NCBI GenBank assembly: GCA_964604125.1
Contig: CAZRXR010000003.1
Span: forward strand, 2,593-66,592
Origin: an uncultured Synergistaceae bacterium
Lineage (GTDB): Bacteria; Synergistota; Synergistia; Synergistales; Dethiosulfovibrionaceae
Length of the DNA: 64,000 nt
Reading direction: 5' to 3'
The notes under the pieces: model-generated
The model's database searches: none
Seen by the model: only the letters and a program-made list of their open reading frames with translations
What the model was told of the DNA's origin: nothing
In this document: one piece after another, positions 1-8,638 of the stretch
Layout of the letters: every line of letters begins with the position of its first letter
Position numbering within the stretch: position 1 is the first letter of the stretch
Program-made: the position numbers and the translations under genes

Positions 1-510
1 GAGCGTCTTCAGCTCGCGCGCCTCGAACTCCGGCTTCAGCGTGAGGTAGGGATCGTCCCAGAGCGAAAAGCAGCCGAGGCGGATCATGCCGTCGCGCTGA
101 ATGTTCACATATTTGAGGGCGTAATCGTTACATTTGGCGCGCAGTTCGAGCGCCGGGGTCGTGTCTTTGTCGAGGCGCTCGTCCTTGAGGACTTTAAGCT
201 CGATGGGAAGCCCGTGTGTATCCCAGCCGGGAACGTAAGGCACGTAGTAGCCGCGCATGGATTTGTACTTGACGATGAAATCCTTCAGCGACTTGTTGAG
301 CGCGTGTCCGATATGGATGGCGCCGTTGGCGTAAGGAGGGCCGTCGTGGAACATGAAAGACTGCCCGCCCTTGTTTTTCTCAAGCATCTTGCGGTAAATT
401 TCGTTGTTCTCCCAGAACTTGACTGTCTCGGGCTCTTTTTTGGACAGGCCCGCCCTCATCGGGAACGACGTCTGGGGAAGATGGAGCGTCGATTTGTAAT
501 CGACCGGCAT
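1..510 (-). CDS. ileS: Isoleucyl-tRNA synthetase, N-terminal 170 codons (runs off window; not in ORF track)
   Basis: Manual translation MPVDYKSTLHLPQTSFPMRAGLSKKEPE...FHDGPPYANGAIHIGHALNK...PGWDTHGLPIE: HIGH motif and type-1 IleRS N-terminus; SD GAGGTG upstream. Confidence 0.96.
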   Translation of the reverse strand, partial: MPVDYKSTLHLPQTSFPMRAGLSKKEPETVKFWENNEIYRKMLEKNKGGQSFMFHDGPPYANGAIHIGHALNKSLKDFIVKYKSMRGYYVPYVPGWDTHGLPIELKVLKDERLDKDTTPALELRAKCNDYALKYVNIQRDGMIRLGCFSLWDDPYLTLKPEFEARELKTL

Positions 511-569
511 ACGGCGTCACCTCTCTGACAAATTTTGCCTTCGCTTGGGCAAGCGAACGTATCAAACCG

Positions 570-618
570 CGAAATAACAAACAGGGAGGCAAGAGCATAC
601 GCGCTCACCTCCCTGTTT
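570..618 (-). terminator. Attenuator terminator in the ileS leader
   Basis: Minus strand AAACAGGGAGG (618-608) pairs with CCTCCCTGTTT (589-579), inner GAGC/GCTC stem, followed by U-rich GTTATTT. Confidence 0.8.
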
Positions 619-633
619 TCAGCGCACGTCAAA

Positions 634-723
634 CTAGACCGTCGTCAGAGGGAGAGACCACGATGCGTCAGCCGCCGCTATAATAATGATTGTGCCGCCG
701 GAAAAAACGCGCGCCGCCCGCAT
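634..723 (-). CDS. Putative ileS leader (attenuator) peptide MRAARVFSGGTIIIIAAADASWSLPLTTV
   Basis: ATG at 723 with SD-like GGGGGTG; ATC ATT ATT ATA at 690-679; TAG at 636-634; lies between promoter and terminator. Confidence 0.8.
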   Translation of the reverse strand: MRAARVFSGGTIIIIAAADASWSLPLTTV

Positions 724-775
724 GTGTCCGCACCCCCTGTCCGAATGTGTTGTCGTGAACAAAAACCTAAGGCCG

Positions 776-804
776 ATTTTAACAGTATCGCGGCGTTCCG
801 TCAA
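776..804 (-). promoter_or_regulatory. sigma70-type promoter for leader plus ileS
   Basis: TTGACG (804-799), 17 nt, TAAAAT (781-776) with TGn extension. Confidence 0.75.
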
Positions 805-858
805 TCTTTTTGCCGATGAAAGATCGGTGAAAATACTTTTCGGCCCGGACGGTTCCGT

Positions 859-1245
859 TTAAGGGCGCTTCCGCTCCGGCACGTCGCGCGTGGCGACGAC
901 GCGGCACGGGACGCCCGCCGGTTTGTCGGCGACGAGATCGCCGATCCGCACGGGAGCGCGAAGAACAATGTTTCTCAAGCTTTCTCTGACGGCCCGGATC
1001 CGCGAAAGGGGGATGGCGTCGAGCGTGCGCACGCTGGCCACGGGCAGAGTGCCTCCGATAACGGCGACGTTCGTCGAAATTGTCCGCAGGGGATTTTCGA
1101 CTTCCTGCCGTGCCCACGACGCGCCGCGCGGGCACAGGTTGCCCGTGACGGAAAGAAAACGCGGCGTGCCGCCGCCGCCCGTTTCGACGCGCAGGGCGCA
1201 GCCGTTGGGACAGACGACGCAGGTGTACTCGCGGATTTCGCTCAT
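859..1245 (-). CDS. DUF1667-type small Cys-rich (CxxCPxGC...CPRG) protein, third subunit of flavoprotein module
   Basis: YTCVVCPNGC, GNLCPRG motifs; 4-nt overlap with upstream oxidoreductase. Confidence 0.8.
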   Translation of the reverse strand: MSEIREYTCVVCPNGCALRVETGGGGTPRFLSVTGNLCPRGASWARQEVENPLRTISTNVAVIGGTLPVASVRTLDAIPLSRIRAVRESLRNIVLRAPVRIGDLVADKPAGVPCRVVATRDVPERKRP

Positions 1246-2483
1246 TGTACCGACACCTCCAGTACGGAACAGTCGCGCAGGTCAGAGGCGCGCGCGGTCA
1301 GATGCTCCATGACGGCCGGATGGATCCTGACGCGCTTTTGGCGCGCGATTTCGCGGTTGTCAGCCGAGACGACGAGGTATCTGTCCCGACCGGGCGCGGC
1401 CGGGCGGAACGCGATCGAGATGTCTTTCCCGCCGCTGACTCGCGAGGGCACTGTGTAGCGCACCCCCGCCCCCGGGCGGACTTGGATTCGGCAGCGGGGG
1501 GCTTCGCGGCCGAGCGCCCATTCGGCGGCGCGACGCCCCGCTTCCGCGGCTTCCGTCGATACCCAGTCTACGAGATCGTGAACGTGGAGAGCGTTGCCGC
1601 AGGAGAAAATTCCCGGCGCGCCGGTCATGAAACTCTCATCGACGAACGCTCCGCCCGTGACCGGGTTGATCTCGATCCCGGCCATGCGCGTCAGCTCGTT
1701 TTCGGGGATCAGCCCCACCGACAGAAGCAGCGTGTCGCACTCGAAAATCCGCTCTGTGCCGGGGATGGGGCGGCGTCGTTCATCGACCCGCGAGACTTGG
1801 ACGGCCTCCAGCCGATCCGTGCCGATAATATCGGTGACGGTGGCGCCGAGATAAAGCGGGATGCCGTAGTCGCCGAGGCACTGCTGAATGTTGCGCGGCA
1901 GCCCGCTCGAGTACGGCAAAAGCTCAAAGACGGCTTTGACCTCGGCTCCTTCGAGCGTCATGCGCCGCGCCATGATGAGGCCGATGTCGCCCGATCCGAG
2001 GATACACACCTTCCTGCCAGGCATGAGGTTGCTCATGTTGACGAAATTCTGAGCGGCGCCGGCGGTATACACGCCCGAAGGGCGCGTGCCCGGGATCGAG
2101 AGCGCGCCGCGCGGGCGTTCGCGGCAGCCCATGGCCAGCACGACGGCGCCGGCTTTGAGGCGGAGCATTTCGCCGCGGCGGCTGACGAGGATCTCGCGCC
2201 GACCCGACAGGCGCAGAACCATCGACTCTGTCAGCGCCTCGAGGCCAAGTTCGTTGAAACGGTCGATGTCCCGCTTGGCGTATTCGGGGCCGCTCAGGGC
2301 CTCTCCGAAACGATGCAGTCCGAACCCGTCGTGAATACATTGGTTGAGGATACCGCCAAGCAATTTGTCGCGCTCGACGAGCACCACGTCGCGGCAGCCG
2401 GCTTCTCGAGCCGCGATCGCGGCGGCCAGCCCGGCCGGCCCGCCGCCGACGACGGCGACTTGGCAGGTTCTTTCGCGGATCAT
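1242..2483 (-). CDS. FAD/NAD(P)-dependent pyridine nucleotide-disulfide oxidoreductase
   Basis: GGGPAGLAAA FAD motif, GCRER, GSGDIGL, GIFSCGNALHVHDLVD. Confidence 0.85.
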   Translation of the reverse strand: MIRERTCQVAVVGGGPAGLAAAIAAREAGCRDVVLVERDKLLGGILNQCIHDGFGLHRFGEALSGPEYAKRDIDRFNELGLEALTESMVLRLSGRREILVSRRGEMLRLKAGAVVLAMGCRERPRGALSIPGTRPSGVYTAGAAQNFVNMSNLMPGRKVCILGSGDIGLIMARRMTLEGAEVKAVFELLPYSSGLPRNIQQCLGDYGIPLYLGATVTDIIGTDRLEAVQVSRVDERRRPIPGTERIFECDTLLLSVGLIPENELTRMAGIEINPVTGGAFVDESFMTGAPGIFSCGNALHVHDLVDWVSTEAAEAGRRAAEWALGREAPRCRIQVRPGAGVRYTVPSRVSGGKDISIAFRPAAPGRDRYLVVSADNREIARQKRVRIHPAVMEHLTARASDLRDCSVLEVSVQ

Positions 2484-3964
2484 CCCCGGTCACCTCCGCT
2501 CAAAACACAGCCGTCGAACATGCGGGATCCGGCGCTGTGATCGACAAAATCCACCCACTTCCAGCCGAACTCCTCGTAGAGCAGCCGCGCGATGCGCGGA
2601 ACGCAGAAACCGCCCTGACAGCGCCCCATCGACACGCGGGAGCGGTATTTCAGGCTCGCGAACGTTCGGGCCCCCAACGGGTTGTTCAGCGCGTCGAGCA
2701 CTTCGCGTCTGCTCACGGACTCGCAGCGGCAGATCATCTCCCCGTAGTCGGGGTCTTCGGCGATCAGTTCGGCCCGCTCCTCGGGGCCGAGTTCGCTCAA
2801 CGGGGCCGCGCCGCCGGAGCGCACGCCGTTAAAGCCTGGATTGGGCGCGAGGGCGACATGCTTCGCGACCATGTCGCGCGCCATCTCCGCGATGGCCGGC
2901 GAACTTGTCAGTCCCGGGCTTTCGATGCCTAAAATGTTGATGAAGCCGGGAACGTCCGCGCGATCCTCTATGACAAAGTCGGCGTTGCCGCCGACCCGGG
3001 GAGGCGTCTGTTTGGCGCGGAGTCCCGAAAAACTGCGGATGTAGTCGGACACGCGGATTTCGGGCAGCAGTTTCGCCCCCTCCTCTCTGAGCGAGGCCAT
3101 CGTGAGCGCCGTGTTCCCCGTCCAGCGGGGCGAATCCTGATAGTCGGCGCTCGGCCCGATGAGAATGTTCCCGTCAACCGTGGGCGTCAGGTGAATGCCG
3201 AGACCGGGGTTTTTTGGGTTGGGCGTGGGGTAGATCAGCGTGCGCAGCATGCCGTCGAGGCGCTTGTCGAGCACGTAATACTCTCCCCGGCACGGGTAGA
3301 TGCGATACTCGCGTATGCCGGCCATCTCGCAGACCTCCGCGGCGAACAGCCCCGCCGCGTTGACGAGAACCTTGGCGGCCAGAGTTTCGCCGCGGGCGTT
3401 TTTGACGCGGAAGCCGCGTTTTTCCGGCAAGACCTCGACACCGGCGACGGGCCAGTTCAGCAGGATCTCGGCGCCGTTGGCCTTCGCGTTTTCGGCGAGC
3501 GCGATCGTCAGCCCGTAGGGCGAGATGATCGCCGTACTGGGCGACCACAGAGCGGCGACGCCCCGCACGTCCGGCTGTATCATGCGCATCCGATCGGGGC
3601 CGACGATCTCGAGCCCCGGCGCGCCGTTGGCCTTGCCCTGCCCGTAAACGCGCTCCAGCCCGGGTATGTCGTCTTTGTCGAGGGCGACAGTCAGCTTGCC
3701 GAGACGCTTGATTTTCACCTTCAGGTCGCGGCACAGATCGTCCATCAGCGCGTTGCCGCGCACGGCGAGACGGGCGCGCAGCGTCCCCGGCTTGTAGTTG
3801 ATGCCCGAGTGCAGCACGCCGCTGTTGCGGCAGCTCGTGCCGAGGGAGACATCCATCTCGCGCTCGACCAGGCAGACGCTCGCCCGGAATTTTGAAAGTT
3901 CCCGGGCGATCGCGCAGCCGACCACGCCGCCGCCGACGATCACAACGTCGTAGGAAGTTCTCAT
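2480..3964 (-). CDS. FAD-dependent oxidoreductase (GlpA/LhgO-like) with C-terminal BFD-like [2Fe-2S] domain
   Basis: GGGVVG, TSCRNSGVLHSG, SPGLTSSPAIA, ICRCE...MGRCQGGFC. Confidence 0.85.
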   Translation of the reverse strand: MRTSYDVVIVGGGVVGCAIARELSKFRASVCLVEREMDVSLGTSCRNSGVLHSGINYKPGTLRARLAVRGNALMDDLCRDLKVKIKRLGKLTVALDKDDIPGLERVYGQGKANGAPGLEIVGPDRMRMIQPDVRGVAALWSPSTAIISPYGLTIALAENAKANGAEILLNWPVAGVEVLPEKRGFRVKNARGETLAAKVLVNAAGLFAAEVCEMAGIREYRIYPCRGEYYVLDKRLDGMLRTLIYPTPNPKNPGLGIHLTPTVDGNILIGPSADYQDSPRWTGNTALTMASLREEGAKLLPEIRVSDYIRSFSGLRAKQTPPRVGGNADFVIEDRADVPGFINILGIESPGLTSSPAIAEMARDMVAKHVALAPNPGFNGVRSGGAAPLSELGPEERAELIAEDPDYGEMICRCESVSRREVLDALNNPLGARTFASLKYRSRVSMGRCQGGFCVPRIARLLYEEFGWKWVDFVDHSAGSRMFDGCVLSGGDRG

Positions 3965-4065
3965 TCAAGACCTCCGTGTCATAAGGCTTGTTGGTACACA
4001 CGCTTCCACCCGGTCTGAAGGCCGCTTCCGCCGTTCCGCGGGGAACGTTCGGAAGCGGCGCGGCG

Positions 4066-4113
4066 AAAGCAAAGACAAAGCGCCGCCGTTTCGGCAGACC
4101 GAAACGGCGGCGC
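4066..4113 (-). terminator. Rho-independent terminator after glpX
   Basis: 15-bp perfect stem GCGCCGCCGTTTCGG/CCGAAACGGCGGCGC followed by TTTGTCTTT on minus strand. Confidence 0.75.
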
Positions 4114-4136
4114 TCGGTTCTTCTGCTCTGCGCGGA

Positions 4137-5141
4137 TCAGGCCTTGTAGTGGATACCTGAAATCTGGTCGAGCTTATGAAGACTGTGCACGGCGTCGATG
4201 TAACGGACGGTGCCGCTCTTGGAGCGCATCACGAGCGAACTCGTGTAGATGTGCGCGCCTTCGTAACGGACGCCCTTGAGGAAGTCGCCGTCGGTGACGC
4301 CCGTCGCGGCGAAGAAGACGTCGTCGCTGCTGACGAGATCGTCGATCGTCAGAACTTTGTCGAAGTCCATGCCGGCCTCGATGCCCTTCTTGTACTGCTC
4401 CACGTCCTTGGCCCACAGCTTGCCCTGCATATCGCCGCCCGCCGACTTGATGGCGCAGGCGGTGATGACGGCTTCGGGCGTGCCGCCGATCCCCATCAGC
4501 ATGTCGGCGCCGCGCTCGTACTTGCTGGTAAGCAGCGCGCCGGCGATGTCGCCGTCCATGATCATCTTGATGCGGGCGCCGGCGGCGCGGATCTCGGAGA
4601 TGAGCTTTTCGTGGCGCGGGCGGTCAAGGACGACGACCAGCACATCGCCGACTTTCTTGTGGCGGGCGTCGGCGACGCGCTTGATGTTCTCCTCGACGGA
4701 GGCGTTGATGTCAACGACACCCTTGCAGTCGGGGCCGACGACAAGTTTGTTCATGTAGAACACGGTCTTGGGGTTGAACATGGTGCCTCGGGGAGCCACG
4801 GCCACGACGCTGATCGCGCCGCTGGCGCCGTAAGCCGTCAGCCGCGTGCCGTCGATAGGATCCACGGCGATATCGACGCTGACGCCGCCGGTGCCGAGAT
4901 GCTCGCCGTTGTAGAGCATGGGCGCTTCGTCCTTCTCGCCCTCGCCGATGACGACGACACCGTCCATGTCCACCGTGTTGAGCATGTAACGCATCGCGTT
5001 GACGGCGGCGCCGTCGGCGGCGTTTTTGTCCCCGCGGCCCATCAGACGGCCGGCGGCCATGGCGGCGGCTTCCGTGCCTCTGCAGAACTCAAGCGCCATG
5101 TTGCGATCGGGCAGAAGAACGTTGTTGAAGAGACTTTCCAT
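4137..5141 (-). CDS. glpX: Class II fructose-1,6-bisphosphatase
   Basis: Start at MESLFNN (SD GGGAGG); VVIGEGEKDEAPML, DPIDGT, DGDIAG, GGTPE motifs. Confidence 0.93.
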   Translation of the reverse strand: MESLFNNVLLPDRNMALEFCRGTEAAAMAAGRLMGRGDKNAADGAAVNAMRYMLNTVDMDGVVVIGEGEKDEAPMLYNGEHLGTGGVSVDIAVDPIDGTRLTAYGASGAISVVAVAPRGTMFNPKTVFYMNKLVVGPDCKGVVDINASVEENIKRVADARHKKVGDVLVVVLDRPRHEKLISEIRAAGARIKMIMDGDIAGALLTSKYERGADMLMGIGGTPEAVITACAIKSAGGDMQGKLWAKDVEQYKKGIEAGMDFDKVLTIDDLVSSDDVFFAATGVTDGDFLKGVRYEGAHIYTSSLVMRSKSGTVRYIDAVHSLHKLDQISGIHYKA

Positions 5142-5185
5142 GTTTAAACGACCTCCCTTTGATTTATTGGAACAATAAATAGTAC

Positions 5186-6475
5186 TTAAAACCGCGAAAA
5201 AATTTCGTCCACGAACCTGAAATAATAATCGTTTGTGAAAAGCCGCGTCAGTTCCTCTCCGCCGATCCTGCCGCGAACGAGTTCGTCCTCGCAGAGCAGG
5301 TCGAGGAAGCGCCCTTCGCCGGCCCACGTTTTCATCGCGTTGCGCTGCACGGCGAGATACGCGTCTTCACGTTTCATGCCGAACTTTTCGACGAGTTCGA
5401 GCAGTACTCTTTGACTATATACGAGACCTCCCGTAATTTCAAGATTTTCTTTTAATTTGTCCACGGAAACGTCGAGACCCCGCACCACGCGGTCAAGTGT
5501 GCGGATCATGTAGTGGCAGAGATGGAACCCGTCGGGCCAGATGACGCGCTCCGTGCACGAATGGCTGATGTCGCGCTCGTGCCAGAGCGCGACGTTCTCC
5601 AGCGCCACGATGGTGAACGAACGCAGCATACGCGCCATGCCGCAGATTTTTTCGCACTGGATGGGGTTTCTCTTGTGAGGCATAGCCGAGGAGCCTTTTT
5701 GCTTTTTGCCGAACGGTTCTAGCGCCTCGCGCACCTCCGTGCGCTGCAGATGGCGTATCTCGGTGGCGATACGCTCCATTGTCCCGCCCAGACTGGCGAG
5801 CGCGAACATGACGACGGCGTGGCGGTCGCGCTGGATGATCTGTGTGGAGACGGGGTCGGGCTTCAGGCCGAGTTCCTCGCAGACGGACGCCTCGATGCTC
5901 GGGGGGCAGTGGGCGTAAGTCCCCACGGCGCCCGAGATCTTTCCGCAGGAGATTTCCTCCAGGGCCAGTTCGAGGCGTTTGCGGTCGCGCGCAAGCTCGG
6001 AATACCAGTTCAGTATCTTCAGCCCGAACGTGATCGGCTCGGCGTGGACGCCGTGGCTGCGGCCGACCGCGGGCGTGTACTTGTACTTCCGCGCCTGCTC
6101 CATCACATCGCCCATAAACGTGTCCAGTTCGCGCAGGATGACCCGCAGCGACTCTCTGATGCGCAGCGCGCTGGCCGTGTCTTCCACGTCGCTGCTTGTC
6201 AAGCCGAGGTGGATGTAGCGCCCCTCCGGCCCCACGTGATCGGCCATGTTTGTGTCGAAGGCGATCATGTCGTGCTTGACTTCGGCCTCGATCCTGAGAA
6301 TCTCGTCCGGGTCGAAACCGCTGCGCTCGTCGATCGCTTTCATCGCCTCGGGAGGGATGACGCCCGCTTTCGCCCAGGCGTGGCAGACGGCCAACTCGAC
6401 AGTTTCCCAGCTGCGGTACTGGTTTTCAAGCGACCAGATTTCCTTCATCTCTTTGGTTTCATAACGCTCAATCAT
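5186..6475 (-). CDS. purB: Adenylosuccinate lyase
   Basis: GLTSSDV, GRSHGVHAEP, GSSAMPHKRNP signature. Confidence 0.96.
   Translation of the reverse strand: MIERYETKEMKEIWSLENQYRSWETVELAVCHAWAKAGVIPPEAMKAIDERSGFDPDEILRIEAEVKHDMIAFDTNMADHVGPEGRYIHLGLTSSDVEDTASALRIRESLRVILRELDTFMGDVMEQARKYKYTPAVGRSHGVHAEPITFGLKILNWYSELARDRKRLELALEEISCGKISGAVGTYAHCPPSIEASVCEELGLKPDPVSTQIIQRDRHAVVMFALASLGGTMERIATEIRHLQRTEVREALEPFGKKQKGSSAMPHKRNPIQCEKICGMARMLRSFTIVALENVALWHERDISHSCTERVIWPDGFHLCHYMIRTLDRVVRGLDVSVDKLKENLEITGGLVYSQRVLLELVEKFGMKREDAYLAVQRNAMKTWAGEGRFLDLLCEDELVRGRIGGEELTRLFTNDYYFRFVDEIFSRF
5414..5442 (-). promoter_or_regulatory. Putative internal sigma70 promoter within purB, pointing to glpX
   Basis: TTGAAA (5442-5437), 17 nt, TATAGT (5419-5414) inside a local AT-rich codon patch. 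Confidence 0.5.
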
Positions 6476-6491
6476 TGTCCGCGAGCCTCCG

Positions 6492-7418
6492 TCATGGATT
6501 TTGGTTTCCCGTGAAAAGCGCCTCGACGTAATCTTCCGCCGAGAAGAGCCTTAAATCTTCCGCCCGCTCGCCGAGGCCGAGGTAGCGGATGGGGAGTTTC
6601 AGCTTGTCGGCCACGGAGAGGACGATGCCCCCCTTGGCAGTGTTGTCGTACTTTGCCATGACGACGCCCGTCAGGTTGACGACCTCGTTGAAAAGTTCGG
6701 CCTGGCGGTAGGCGTTCTGGCCGATGACGGAATCGAGCACGATGATGCTCTCGATGTGGTCGCGCCCTACTTCGCGCTCGGTGACGCGGTAGATCTTGCC
6801 GAGTTCCTCCATCAGGTTGCGCTTCGACTGAAGGCGGCCGGCCGTGTCAACGATCAGGACGTCGGCGCGCGACGCCTTGGCGGCGGCGATGGCGTCGTAC
6901 ACCACGGCGGCCGAGTCGCCGCCCTGTCTCTGCGCGACGACACGTATGCCGGCGCGCTCCGCCCACACGCGCAGCTGCTCGGCGGCGGCGGCGCGGAACG
7001 TGTCGGCCGCGGCGAGTATGACGTTTTTGCCGGCCTTTTTAAAAAGCCACGCCAGCTTGCCCGCCGTCGTCGTCTTCCCGCTGCCGTTCACCCCGACCAG
7101 AAGGATGACGGACAGACCGTTTTCGCCGCACATCAAGGGCTTCCCCATGCCCGGCACGCCGTTGAGCCGTCCCGCGAGCAGAACGCGGAAATGTTCCAGA
7201 AGCGCCGGGCCGTCGCACCGCTCGCGGCGGCGGTAGTCTTTCATCTCGTCAAGCAGCGCCTCGGTCGTCTCGACGCCGACGTCGCCCGCGATCAGCAGTT
7301 CTTCGAGATCGATCCAGAAAGCGTCGTCGATCGTTCCCCCGAAAAGCCGGGCGATGCCGTCGCTCCATTTGCGCCGCACGCCTTCGAGCTTTTCTTTGAG
7401 CTTATCGAAAAATGACAT
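6492..7418 (-). CDS. ftsY: Signal recognition particle receptor (short NG-type)
   Basis: [31 protein letters not shown]. Confidence 0.95.
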   Translation of the reverse strand: MSFFDKLKEKLEGVRRKWSDGIARLFGGTIDDAFWIDLEELLIAGDVGVETTEALLDEMKDYRRRERCDGPALLEHFRVLLAGRLNGVPGMGKPLMCGENGLSVILLVGVNGSGKTTTAGKLAWLFKKAGKNVILAAADTFRAAAAEQLRVWAERAGIRVVAQRQGGDSAAVVYDAIAAAKASRADVLIVDTAGRLQSKRNLMEELGKIYRVTEREVGRDHIESIIVLDSVIGQNAYRQAELFNEVVNLTGVVMAKYDNTAKGGIVLSVADKLKLPIRYLGLGERAEDLRLFSAEDYVEALFTGNQNP

Positions 7419-7420
7419 GC

Positions 7421-8638
7421 TCACCGCTCCCGCGCCTCGTTCCCGACCGAACCGGCGGTCTCTCCCGGCCCTGTTTGTCCGGCCGGACGCGCGCGGAACG
7501 CGCGGCGCCGGTCGTGTATCTCCGCGGCGCCGCCGAAGTCGGTTTCGGCGGGGCGAAAACGGCTGTCGGGCCGGTTTTTCACGGCGCGCGGCCTCTGGGG
7601 ACGCTGAAGATTGCGCCGCCGCGGGTCGGTTTCGGGTGAGAAGTCACGCGCGGCGGGCGGAACGTCGCCCGGCCCTTCCTTCGGCGCGGGAACGCACCCG
7701 CCGCACGCCGCGCCGAAGGGGCACGCGGCTTGTTCCTCATCCTCCGTCGCGGCGTCGTCCGGGTCGTCGCTCCACGTGCCGCCCGAGAGGATGGTCTCCT
7801 TGAACTTTGAGTACTTGGCGACGGGGACGCTCACATTTCCTCCCGGTCCGTGCATCAGACAGCACCCCGTGGCGAGATCCACCCCCGTCAGTTCCCACGT
7901 TCCCTGTTCCGTCTTGATCTTCGAGGCGTGCGACGGCAGTTTTTTCCACAGCTCCCTGTAGTTTTCCTGCTCAAAGCTCATGCAGCACATCAGACGCCCG
8001 CACAGGCCGGAGATTTTCGTGGGGTTCAGCGCCAGATTCTGCTCTTTGACCATCTTGATGCCGATGGGCATGAAACGCTGGAGCCAGTAGCTGCAGCAGC
8101 AGACGCGCCCGCACGCGCCGAGGCCCTTGACGACCTTCGACTCGTCGCGGACGCCGATCTGGCGAAGTTCGATGCGCGTGCGGAACTCGCGCGCGAGGTC
8201 GCGCACGTAGGCGCGGAAGTCTACGCGCTGCTCCGAGGTGAAGTATAAAAACAGCTTTTTCCTGTCGAACATGTACTCGACGTCGACCAGCTTGATGTTC
8301 AGGTCGTGATGGCTCAGGATCTGCCGCGCGGTCACGAGGGCGTTTTCCTCGTCGTACCTGTTTTCGTCCTCGCGTTCGGTGTCCGGCGGCGCGATCCTGT
8401 TCAGAAAGGTCACGTTCTGCAATCCCGTGTCGCCGTTCGGCTGCCCTTCCTGCCTGTTGTCGATGGAGCGGTACAGCCCCTCCTGGCGCTCGGTTATCTC
8501 GCCGGCCACGACGGCGATCTCCACGCCGCGCGAGCTTTCGATGAGAATCCGATCGCCCTTCTCCAACCCCGCTTCTTCACCGGCGCTCACGAGGCCGAGG
8601 TAGCGGGGCTTGCCGAAAATCGTCAAATACATCTTCAA
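7421..8638 (-). CDS. ricT: PSP1-domain protein RicT/YaaT with long C-terminal tail
   Basis: RVDFRAYVRDLA...RIELRQIGVRD, CGRVCCC, LNPTKISGLCGRLMCC; follows tmk-holB as in Bacillus. Confidence 0.85.
   Translation of the reverse strand: MKMYLTIFGKPRYLGLVSAGEEAGLEKGDRILIESSRGVEIAVVAGEITERQEGLYRSIDNRQEGQPNGDTGLQNVTFLNRIAPPDTEREDENRYDEENALVTARQILSHHDLNIKLVDVEYMFDRKKLFLYFTSEQRVDFRAYVRDLAREFRTRIELRQIGVRDESKVVKGLGACGRVCCCSYWLQRFMPIGIKMVKEQNLALNPTKISGLCGRLMCCMSFEQENYRELWKKLPSHASKIKTEQGTWELTGVDLATGCCLMHGPGGNVSVPVAKYSKFKETILSGGTWSDDPDDAATEDEEQAACPFGAACGGCVPAPKEGPGDVPPAARDFSPETDPRRRNLQRPQRPRAVKNRPDSRFRPAETDFGGAAEIHDRRRAFRARPAGQTGPGETAGSVGNEARER

Noticed and set aside
640-670. GUGGU next to segment A resembles the T-box UGGN bulge
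   Set aside because: It is followed by CUC rather than ACC, and no Stem I or specifier loop is recognisable. The leader-peptide model explains the region better.
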